Source of the DNA: Catajapyx aquilonaris
Lineage: Eukaryota
Length of the DNA: 46,306 nt
Direction: 5' to 3'
NCBI GenBank assembly: GCA_000934665.2
Contig: JYFJ02003109.1
Location: 1 to 46,306, forward strand
Shown here: positions 38,101-46,306 of the stretch, one piece after another
Layout of the letters: the number at the start of each line of letters is the position of its first letter
Position numbering within the stretch: the stretch's first letter is position 1
Notes under the pieces: model-generated
Database searches by the model: none
What the model saw: only the letters and a program-made list of their open reading frames with translations
Told to the model about the DNA's origin: nothing
Program-made: the position numbers and the translations under genes

Positions 38101-39026
38101 AAAAAGTAAGATAATATCCGTCAATCTGTGGACTGACTTTGTGACAAGTTAATGCTGTCACAAAGTCACCCCGCAAAAGTACGAAATTCATCTAACACCC
38201 TCGTATCTTCTATACAAATCAAGTTCAATCTTGCATAATATTTTGTCATTTCTTAGCCAATGAATTTGTCTTCAAAATAAGTTACATGTTTTACTCTCAT
38301 CGCAATTATGGCGGTCGCTGTGAGGGAAAGTAATCGGAAGAGGACAAGAGGTTCCAACAATCCTCGCAGTTTGCAAACTGGGAATGTGACTGCCAACAAT
38401 ACAAGAGATGTAGGAGCTTTCCAAGCTAGCTCATAGGTAGCACAACATACGTAGCCATCTACTGGCGCTGGTTTCAGTCAAAAGGTCAAAATAATAGTGG
38501 CGCGAGTATTGAAAAACTGATTGGTCACCTTACGGTAGGTTTAGTTTTCGATCCTACCTGTTACAACAAGCTGCTTATTACAATAACTCTTTCATCTCAT
38601 TTTAAAAATATATCGCAGGCTTTACCCCCCACAGTATAAACACTATCCAGGTCCCATATGGGATCTACCTCTTAACACATACGAGCAGTTAGTCAAATCC
38701 ATAAGCAAAAACCAGACTATTGCACCCCCACACTTCGCTTGCGCAATCGGCCCCTTTTGTTAGCACCAACAATCAAGGATTTGGCTCTTAATCTCGTCAG
38801 ATCTGCCTCGAGGCAAATCAACCCCTAGTTCATAAAGGACTGTTTGGGATAATCCCTGCTTGGTACCCTGTCAAATACTGGTTTCGGCTCAACTCTTGGT
38901 GGGAAATGAAGCAAATTGAGATGAATAGAGACAGACAACCACGTGCACGTCCCTACCTGAAGCAAGATGTAGCGTCAGACCAAAGCTGAGCAGGAAAAGA
39001 ACTAGAGGGAAGCTTGAAGAGGCCAT
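26155..39026 (-). CDS. CCHa2: CCHamide-2 prepropeptide, complement(join(26155..26184,27015..27262,38957..39026)), 115 aa
   Basis: Three exons (348 nt; intron phases 1,0) give MASSSFPLVLFLLSFGLTLHLASG-GCSAFGHSCFGAH-GKR-GESAAAAMGPP...KLSPFVREWLLSLKHNRA*. The peptide differs by one residue from the widespread insect CCHa2 GCSAFGHSCFGGH. Confidence 0.92.
27015..27262 (-). CDS. CCHa2: CCHa2 coding exon 2 (mature peptide, GKR, propeptide)
   Basis: Acceptor ccgtcctttcttcctgcag|, donor TGG|gtgagt; lies within ORF 26955..27383. Confidence 0.95.
29561..29622 (-). mobile_element. tRNA-like SINE head, family D
   Basis: CCCCCGTAGCTCAGTGGCAGAGCAC...GGTTCGATTCCCGGCGGGGG; anticodon arm largely deleted. Confidence 0.55.
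30438..30735 (+). mobile_element. tRNA-derived SINE, family A
   Basis: B-box GGTTCGAATCCC; body GTGGTTTCCCACGG...AGGCCACAGCCGCCTCCTTCC; short (ATT)n tail. Confidence 0.78.
32875..33022. mobile_element. Palindromic MITE, family E, copy 1
   Basis: About 52-nt arms CTATCGGGTTCAAATACTTTTGGCCACTTTA...; homologous to the copies at 40105 and 42721. Confidence 0.82.
33773..34131. mobile_element. Degraded GC-rich foldback element (CAGGGTG left end, Tc1/mariner-like)
   Basis: TA|CAGGGTGG left end; 33790-33945 is imperfectly reverse-complementary to 33965-34130. Confidence 0.6.
37596..38535. mobile_element. Non-autonomous TA-flanked DNA transposon with internal TGTCACAAAGTCA repeats
   Basis: TA|CGGTAAGATGA ... 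TCACCTTACGG|TA; five copies of a TGACTTTGTGACA motif in both orientations (about 37619, 37782, 37803, 38134, 38156). Confidence 0.5.
38957..39026 (-). CDS. CCHa2: CCHa2 coding exon 1 (signal peptide)
   Basis: AAGATGG start; hydrophobic signal-like MASSSFPLVLFLLSFGLTLHLAS; phase-1 donor CAG|gtaggg. Confidence 0.85.
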
Positions 39027-39079
39027 CTTTTGCTGACTGGGCTGACTGCTAGCTGACTGTCTGACTTTGTCCCGCAGTT

Positions 39080-39115
39080 GGAGTGGAGGAGAAAAGCTGT
39101 AGTCGCGCATATAAA
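39080..39115 (-). promoter_or_regulatory. Candidate CCHa2 core promoter (TTTATATG plus Inr-like CCACTCC)
   Basis: TATA-like motif at 39115-39108 lies about 30 nt upstream of a YYANWYY motif (A at 39084), 58 nt before the ATG. Confidence 0.4.
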
Positions 39116-40104
39116 GGAAAATATCCCGCGGTGGGGCAGGGGTGGGGGGAAAGAGTGGGCGAATGGGGATGTGTCCGGATGGCCGAACGAGAGGTGGGGG
39201 AAGGGGGCTGGTATGGTGTTCAGCGCAGATGTCCCAAAGCGGTTACGTGCGCCAAAGCAATGTTAGGTCAATCCAAAAAATTAGAGCACTGGGTATAGAA
39301 TTTGGGGGTAGGGGGAGGAGGAAGGGAAAGGAAATAATATTGAAGCTATTGTTCACACGTTCAAGAATTTTTGGATGGTCGATAGCTTGTATGGTAATAG
39401 TGAGAGATGTGGGTGCAGTAACGTTGTCAGTAACTAATATAAAGTAATGCTGGTTTGGCTCCCTTTTCTATTATTTGCGGCTGGAGTTTTGGTTTGTCCG
39501 ACCTTGCTTCAGGACAGATTATGTCGACATATTGCACGCTTGGGACAAGGAGGTTTTATCTGAATGGGAAATTGGAAATTTCTATTCATGCAGGTAGAAC
39601 CTTGCTGGCCACGATCATAAGCCAGGAGTGGACCTGGTAGGCTGATATTGTTTTCAACCTTTCCAGCGTTGCACCCGTGACATTTGAATACCTGAGAAAT
39701 GGAAGGGAGCAAAGTGCTTCTCTGTGACAGGATAACTTCATGAATATCATGATTCTGTTGCACTTTTCCAATTTTCTGGTGCAATGTTTCTCGTCAATGG
39801 CATCCTTCTTTTCTAGGGGAAGGGAGATAGTACCAGAATTCGGTATGGGTGTAGCACCATTTGAGGGAGGAGAATTGTGCAGGTAGTTGTATCGTGTACA
39901 CTGGGCCTAATGTGAGTCGAAACAGTCAATTTACGTAGGGGCACACGTAATCCTGCCCGTGGCTTGTGACAGCGCGCTGCTCCCTGTCCTCCGTATAAAA
40001 GTAATTAGCTGGCAGAACCGTTGTTTCAGTTGATGCCTCATGCCAGTAGCTCACATACTCATCCTGCATATAGGAAGTAGGAAAATTGGTTTACTGTACA
40101 AGTA

Positions 40105-40252
40105 CTACGGGGCTCAAATTGTTTTCGCCGCTTTATCCTGGTCTTGAAGCAACCCTTCACACAGTCACACACACACCTGCTCATCGTGGGGCATGTGCGA
40201 AGGGTTGCTTCAAGACCAGAATAAAGTGGCCAAAACAATATGAGCCCCACAG
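40105..40252. mobile_element. Palindromic MITE, family E, copy 2 (diverged)
   Basis: CTTTATCCTGGTCTTGAAGCAACCCTTC arms shared with the other two copies. Confidence 0.75.
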
Positions 40253-42672
40253 AACGTCCAGGACTTAGGTTTCTCGTGATATTCCAGAATGAATGTTTGT
40301 ACTCTAAAGTTAATTTTTTGGCGATTAGGTTTCATTACTCACTCAACGAAATGTTACGATTACTTTTGACGCACATGCTAGAAATAAGGATCACCCTACG
40401 CGTCAGGCTACCCACCAAACACTGATGTATGGGTCGCATAGGGTGAACCCTACTACCAGCATATGTGAAAAGTTAATACTATGTACAGTTATTTCTACAT
40501 TGAAGAAATATCAATAACTGAACTCCCTGTAATCATATCGGAGATTATTATAAGACTCCGGCCCTACCACATCAAAGTTGGGGGTCAAGACTACAAGCGG
40601 ATCAAATCCCCTGTGAGCAGCAATAACCTAAGCAATAATCAAGTATCACCCGTGAACCTAAATCAACAGCAATGTCTGAATCACCCGAGGCGAGTAAATA
40701 CGGTGAAACCCGCTAGTGCTCGTGGTAAAAATAGGTCTACTACTAATACGACCAGCACAATGGGTAGTCTATACCAGGTCTATACAGTATACGTAGGTAT
40801 TGAGCCTTTACACTGACCCAAAAAAAGTTGTACCACTACCAGGTATCCCCAGAATAACGGTCGAATTTATGTAACAATAACATAAATGCTGTAACTAAAA
40901 AAGTAATCCATAGAAACTGCTTGTCTTGACTGATCCACAGCTATCAATACACTGTATTTCTTCCATTCATATGAAGGGGTGACGATGACGGACCGAATCA
41001 GCCAGAATCCATTGAGCTCTTGGCTATAATTATCCTTGTCCATAGCAAGCCACATGACACCACTGTATAGAAAAAAGCCTAACTTGCAGGGGGGAAACCG
41101 GTTTGATTATGCCTCTTTACAGAAACCAGGGGCAGGAGCATGGTCGCATATGACAGTAGCTATCTGGATAGGAAGGTAAAGGCCACCTTCAGAAATGACG
41201 CCATTTTGGAGAATATATTTGCTCCCTTCGCTATTACTGCTGCTACTTTCGGGGTAGATCAGCCCCAATTACTCAACAAAACAGTGAAAATTGGAATAAT
41301 CACGCTGCGTAGCCTCACAGATGGGTAATGTTTAATTTATAATGACATGACCACGGCAGAATACCACATTTACATCAAATATAGTGCAGGGAAATAATAA
41401 TTGAACGACATATCTCAAAACAACGCATCAAATGTCTCAAAAAGACACCAAATAATACTCGCTTTAATATCATATCAAAATAAAGGAAGTCTTCGGGGGA
41501 AGAACGATCAAGGTCCAAATTAGTTAGTCACAGGATAGTTTCACTACCGTAGAATATTATAGTTTGGTCGTGTGTTGTGGAGTAATGATCATAGTCCATT
41601 ATGGAAGGCTCCGAACGTAGGGCGCACAATAGAAATTGTAGGTCTATAGATATTAAAGACAGAAGGCTGATTGTCATGAGATTCTTCATTATTGTTGGTC
41701 GTAGAAATTTTAATTTACAATAATCATTATATTTACACTTTAGGGGGTATGTCCTCACTGCACTGAAATGGAGTAGATTGCACATTTAAAAAAATAATCC
41801 ACACACTGTTAACGTGTCTTACGACATTTTCGAATCAAGAATTTCAAAGTCGCTAATTTCAAACCCGGCTTTTCGCAACACGGGGAATCAATATAAACGG
41901 AAAGCAGAGTTTTATTTTTGCACCAGGTATTATTAGCAAAAAAATTCAATTAATTATTAAAGGCGGTACATGTCATGACCTGGCTTTGAAGGGTTTTATC
42001 ACGCCACGCCGGTGCGGAAAATGAAAGATATCTTATGAAACTACAGGGTGATCCAAAATTGTACGCATCTATTTTCATAAATAAAATTCTGTCTTTATCA
42101 ACTGCAATATGTGACGTTGCATACTTGATTAATATGCGGATGTTGTAAACATTACAAATAATATGGAACATTCACGTGATTCTGGCCACCTTTTTCCTTC
42201 ACTCTTATCGATTTGCAATCTATTCTATATCTAACGTATAGGCTATTGTTGACATGCCAAAGTCTTTCGCCATGTAGAGATTGATTGTCTATTTCACAGA
42301 AGCAGATAATGTGGCCATTTTGGGTGAGGCCATGCTTTGGCGATACACGATCATGACGTAAATTCTATGCGAATGTATAATGTTCCCTGCATTACAGATT
42401 GACAGTAAAATATCTATGGGACAGGAAAAAATCTTCGAGTTATAGAAGATTCGAGTTAAAGAAGTTTGGCTGTTTTTAAGCACATAACTCTATAAGGAAG
42501 CCTGCCTTTATATCCAGCGACGAAAGGCGTTCAAAACTTAAAAATAACTGTCACTATCACATCCGCATTGTTTTGTTGGAAAAAAATCTCTGTTAGTATA
42601 GGGACATTTGCCCACTCTTAGATCGGCTCTCACTCTTAATAAAGGATTCAATTGTCACAATCATGTCAAACA

Positions 42673-42914
42673 CTTCTTTCGGTAGACGGAGATCAGGAAA
42701 GAGTCTTTCTGTACATGTATCTATCGAGTTCAAATACTTTTGGCCACTTTATCCTGGTCTTGAAGCAACCCTTCGCACAGACCCCACGTTAAGGAGGCGT
42801 GTGTGTGTGAAGGGTTGCTTCAAGACCAGGATAAAGTGGCCAAAAGTATTTGAACTCGATAGATACATGTATATACAGAAAGGCTCTTTCCTGATCTCCG
42901 TCTACCGAAAGAAG
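42673..42914. mobile_element. Nested palindrome: family E MITE (42721..42862) inside a second palindromic element
   Basis: Outer arms CTTCTTTCGGTAGACGGAGATCAGGAAAGAG / CTCTTTCCTGATCTCCGTCTACCGAAAGAAG surround near-perfect family E arms. Confidence 0.8.
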
Positions 42915-42938
42915 TATTATACTTATTTATTATTTAAT

Positions 42939-43003
42939 AAATTATTAAGTGTCCAAATCTCATTGCCAAAATTTGGCAATGAGATTTGGACACTCAATAA
43001 TTT
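42939..43003. repeat. Near-perfect 65-bp palindrome
   Basis: 32-nt arms (AAATTATTAAGTGTCCAAATCTCATTGCCAAA), one mismatch, 1-nt spacer. Confidence 0.9.
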
Positions 43004-43245
43004 TAATGGGCACCAAAATGAATGTCTACCTGATAACTACAAATTGTCAGTGATCAACCCACCGTTTAGCGTCAGCAACGCAAAAACTATAAGCTATATT
43101 ACCAATGTAGTTCTGACAATTAAATACTTATGACGTCAGTACCATTCCAAGGTTGTAGACATTATACAGCACATTCTTCCTATAGTATAGTGGTGGTTTA
43201 GAGATATAACAAATTCAATAAATTTTCTATACTGTACAAGTATTT

Positions 43246-43563
43246 AATAATAATCCGGTAGTGCTTTTGCCCCTCTTGGGGTCTAACGCAGGAACCTTTA
43301 TTAACCTTAGTACAATCAGTAGGCTACAGTACATGCGGAACCTTTTTGCGAAGCGCCCCGGTCCACGGGCAGGCTGAGAGAGAGGGGATGTGCAACGTCG
43401 GTACCTGGTCATTTTGTGAACTCCCCCGGGTGGTTATTCTCAAGGAATCCCACCCGAGACGAAGCCAGAGACGACCCAACTCTGCACAAGATGAAGGGAG
43501 GAAACTAACCCGGGATCCTTACATCCGTGGGCGCGTACGTTTCCGCAGCGCCACTCCGCCTCC
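43246..43563 (-). mobile_element. tRNA-derived SINE, family B
   Basis: Homologous to 3944..4190; flanked by the 20-nt direct repeat TCTATACTGTACAAGTATTT (43226-43245, 43564-43583). Confidence 0.75.
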
Positions 43564-43582
43564 TCTATACTGTACAAGTATT

Positions 43583-43880
43583 TATTTATTTATTTATTTA
43601 TTTATTTATATTTATTTTTTATTTATTTATTTTATCATACCTCGTGCTAGAGCCTTTGGCCCCCTTAGGGGGGTGGATTACCACCATTGGATGGAACCAG
43701 GGATAGGGAAGGAAGGAAGTGGCTGTGGCTTATTTTTACGGAAACGACCCCGGAATTGTCCTGGAGGGGACCATGGAAAACCACAGAAAACCATGGTCAG
43801 GGTCGCCGGCCCCGGGATTTGAACCCAGGACCTCCCTATTAGCGGGCGGGCTCCTTATCCCATACACCAACCTGCTTCGG
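43583..43880 (-). mobile_element. Full-length tRNA-derived SINE, family A, with (TAAA)n tail
   Basis: A/B boxes present; tail at 43583-43633; 14-nt direct repeat ACTGTACAAGTATT (43569-43582, 43889-43902). Confidence 0.85.
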
Positions 43881-44411
43881 TGTGTACAACTGTACAAGTA
43901 TTAACAACACGTCAAGAAAAATTGTTAAGTGCTTCATATTACAAAGTTAAGAGATGGTTCTCCCTTATTGCAAAGGAACTAGGTCATTCCAGGCACAGAA
44001 TACCAGGAAGATGAAAACACAATTACATCATAATTAAATATTATTACGACTCATATAGGCCTACTTGTAGAAACTGCTGCTCTAATGGCATCGCAAGTAT
44101 AACTGAACTTACTATCCCAAAACTAATGCAAATAGATCAGCCCAGATAAATTTTCCTGAAAAAGTTCTTTTTCTTTCTGTCAACATAATTGATATTTTCC
44201 CAGCACTTTGGGAGTGCGGCGGCCATTATGAGGCGAGCCAACTCCCAGTTCAGGAGTGATTTACCCAGTCCAGAGGTGCCATTTTGATAATGCCACTTAT
44301 GGAAATTAAGTACTGTAAGTCGAATTCTTACTTTCATTCCAGCCACGACAGTGAAGTGGCTTAGTATACAGAAGCATTTGTCTGGACTACCTTTCCTTCT
44401 TTATCCTAAAA

Positions 44412-44729
44412 CTAGCTGCGGCACCCGTCGTTGTCCGGGAAGAAATGAATGAAGGGAAACCACCTGCCAGTGGCCCCGTCAACTGTCTGTTTGTCAGTGT
44501 GTCCGCCCACCAATGCCATCTCCTGCTACTCCAACACCTTCAACCTCTCCCACCTGTATAACGGCAACCGTCATTTGCCTGCCATCTGTATTCAAAATCC
44601 CCAACACGGCAACACCTCCATCCTGTTCCGGCCTGGGGGTGGAGCACAGATGGCAGGCAAATGACGGTTGGCAGGCGGACAGACGGACAGAGATGCAGAC
44701 AGACTCACAAACGGCTTTATTTATATAGA
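44412..44729 (-). mobile_element. Non-autonomous Helitron-like element, copy 2
   Basis: On - strand: A|TCTATATAAATAAAGCCG ... CCCGGACAACGACGGG-TGCCGCAGCTAG|T. This gives canonical 5'-TC, 3' hairpin plus CTAG, AT insertion site and no TSD. Confidence 0.78.
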
Positions 44730-45085
44730 TTATGTCATACTGTGTATGTGTTGATCACCATAGGTACTGTACAAAGTGCCGCGTGTGTTAGTGGCCAATC
44801 ACCATTTTTGTCCCATCTTTTGTCAAACAATTTCCCAGTGGTCAAGAAAGGGTGAGGCAAATGGATGGGGACATTGTTCATCAATCAATCAATAACCTTT
44901 ATTTTAGCCTCCCAACCTAACCAGATTGTGGAGAAGGCGTCGCACAGTGCTCCAGAATCTCAGAAAGTCCGTACATAATTATAAATGCATGAATTTGTGG
45001 GTGTATTAGCATGAAAATCGGACCGAAGGGGTTTCCAAAGTCGCTGAGTCCGAATTCGATGCTCATGGCCTTGGTCTAAGTATAC

Positions 45086-45285
45086 TGTGGTGGAATCCGG
45101 ATCCTGACCCGGATTCTCAGCCAGCTCGTCTAGACCGCTGATCCTCAACCAGGATGTACTGTACCCTTCAACCGGAGCGTTAGCGCTCCTCCCCCCCCCC
45201 ACCCCCATTTTCTGTATTTAAGCAGCACCTGAAAATAAACACCGACCAGTCTTCCTTCAGCTCTGACTTTGATTACAACACGCCA
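45086..45285 (+). repeat. Candidate 5' LTR (about 200 bp)
   Basis: TG...CA ends; internal TATTTAA (45215) and AATAAA (45234); lies immediately before the PBS. The 3' LTR is outside the window, so both ends are uncertain by a few nt. Confidence 0.6.
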
Positions 45286-45288
45286 AAC

Positions 45289-45303
45289 TGGTGACCCCGC
45301 CGT
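45289..45303 (+). promoter_or_regulatory. Primer binding site, tRNA-Trp type
   Basis: TGGTGACCCCGCCGT versus the complement of the eukaryotic tRNA-Trp 3' end TGGTGACCCCGACGT (one mismatch; reference recalled from memory). Confidence 0.75.
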
Positions 45304-45318
45304 TCATCACGCAGCGTC

Positions 45319-46119
45319 ATGGAAGAGCCTACCGCGGTTGCCACTGTCTCGATCAAGATCCCGCCGTTCTGGCCGGCTGACCCTGAGCTGTGGTTTGCAC
45401 AAGTGGAAGCGCAATTTTCCACTCGCTCTGTGACCTCCCAGAAGACCAAGTTCGACCACGTCACGGCCTGCCTGGCCCCAGAAGTCGCGACGGAGGTTCG
45501 AGATGTTTTGTTGAACCCCCCTGACACCGACCAGTACACGGCCCTCAAGGCCGCGCTCATCAGCCGAACAACGCAGTCGGAATCACGCCGTCTGCAACAG
45601 CTGCTCCAGGAGTTGGATTTGGGGGACCAGCGCCCGTCCCAGATGCTACGGAAGATGGAACAGCTGTTGGGGAAACCCGCTGGGGATGACCCTGTCGCCA
45701 AGCAGCTCTTTCTACAGCGACTCCCACAACAGATCCGGGTCATACTGGCGGGATCCTCCGGAACGACGTCGACAGCTCAGCTGCCTGAGGCGGCGGACAG
45801 GTTAGTGGATGCTGCCCGGCCCTGCCCATCGGTTGCGGCTGCCTCTGCACCGGACCAATCCGGCGCCATCCAGGAGCTCCAGCAGCAGGTGTCTGAGCTC
45901 ACCGCTGCTATCAATCGACTGTCGGCCCGCCGCCCGGCCACTGCTGAGCCCCGACGACAGCCCAACACCGTCCGCCAGCCCTCTCGCAGTCAGCTGCGGA
46001 CCCCGCAGCCCTCGCCGTCACCTGCGGATGATATCTGCTGGTATCACACGCAATTCGGGGAGGCCGCCCAGAAATGCAGGGAGCCGTGCACGTTCACGGG
46101 AAACGACGCCAGGTGCTGA
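45319..46119 (+). CDS. gag: Retrotransposon Gag-like protein (266 aa)
   Basis: N-terminal IKIPPFWPADPELWFAQVEAQF motif, LGDQRPSQMLRKM, coiled-coil region and C-terminal CWYH..FG..A..C..PC knuckle, all typical of this gypsy Gag type. Confidence 0.92.
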   Translation: MEEPTAVATVSIKIPPFWPADPELWFAQVEAQFSTRSVTSQKTKFDHVTACLAPEVATEVRDVLLNPPDTDQYTALKAALISRTTQSESRRLQQLLQELDLGDQRPSQMLRKMEQLLGKPAGDDPVAKQLFLQRLPQQIRVILAGSSGTTSTAQLPEAADRLVDAARPCPSVAAASAPDQSGAIQELQQQVSELTAAINRLSARRPATAEPRRQPNTVRQPSRSQLRTPQPSPSPADDICWYHTQFGEAAQKCREPCTFTGNDARC

Positions 46120-46306
46120 CGTCGGCGGCCGCCAGCCCTCATGATCCTCATTGCCGCCTTTTTATCCTTGACCCCAACACACACCTCCGTTTCCTGATCG
46201 ACACCGGCTCTGCCCTCAGCATCCTCCCTGCCACCCCCACAGATCATAATAACCGACAACCTCTCACCTTGGAAGCCGCCAACAAAACCGCCATTCCCAC
46301 TTTCGG
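46098..46306 (+). CDS. pol: pol N-terminus (aspartic protease) in the -1 frame, partial
   Basis: The -1 frame reads GKRRQVLTSAAASPHDPHCRLFILDPNTHLRFLIDTGSALSILP...LEAANKTAIPTF; DTG at 46200-46208; open to the window end. Confidence 0.88.

Larger units (their letters stand above)
45086..46306 (+). mobile_element. Ty3/gypsy-type LTR retrotransposon, 5' part (continues past the window end)
   Basis: Candidate LTR, PBS, gag, slippery site and aspartic protease motif occur in the expected order. Confidence 0.92.

Noticed and set aside
37618..38172. CRISPR-like repeats (TGTCACAAAGTCA)
   Set aside because: Mixed orientation, irregular spacing, eukaryotic context and no cas genes. These fit internal repeats of a DNA transposon.
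42663..43904. 156-aa and 158-aa ORFs
   Set aside because: They run across MITE and SINE sequence with no recognisable domain.
45273..45743. 156-aa minus-strand ORF
   Set aside because: Antisense shadow of GC-rich gag.

Overview
This is AT-rich, repeat-laden, intron-containing eukaryotic DNA, almost certainly from an arthropod. The main content is mostly missed by the ORF track because it is split across small exons: two CCHamide neuropeptide precursor genes arranged tail-to-tail. CCHamide-1 is on + (5 coding exons, 4853-19269, 161 aa, predicted mature peptide SCSRYGHSCWGAH-amide). CCHamide-2 is on - (3 coding exons, 39026-26155, 115 aa, predicted mature peptide GCSAFGHSCFGAH-amide). Their stop codons are about 6.9 kb apart. 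Introns and intergenic DNA hold four families of tRNA-derived SINEs (one with a V-domain-like core), MITE/foldback DNA transposons (Tc1/mariner-, pogo-, hAT-, Harbinger-, Kolobok- and CACTA-type termini), non-autonomous Helitrons and microsatellites. The window ends in the 5' part of a Ty3/gypsy-type LTR retrotransposon (LTR, tRNA-Trp PBS, gag, -1 frameshift, protease). All exon models and repeat classes were assigned by eye and need RNA-seq and repeat-library confirmation.
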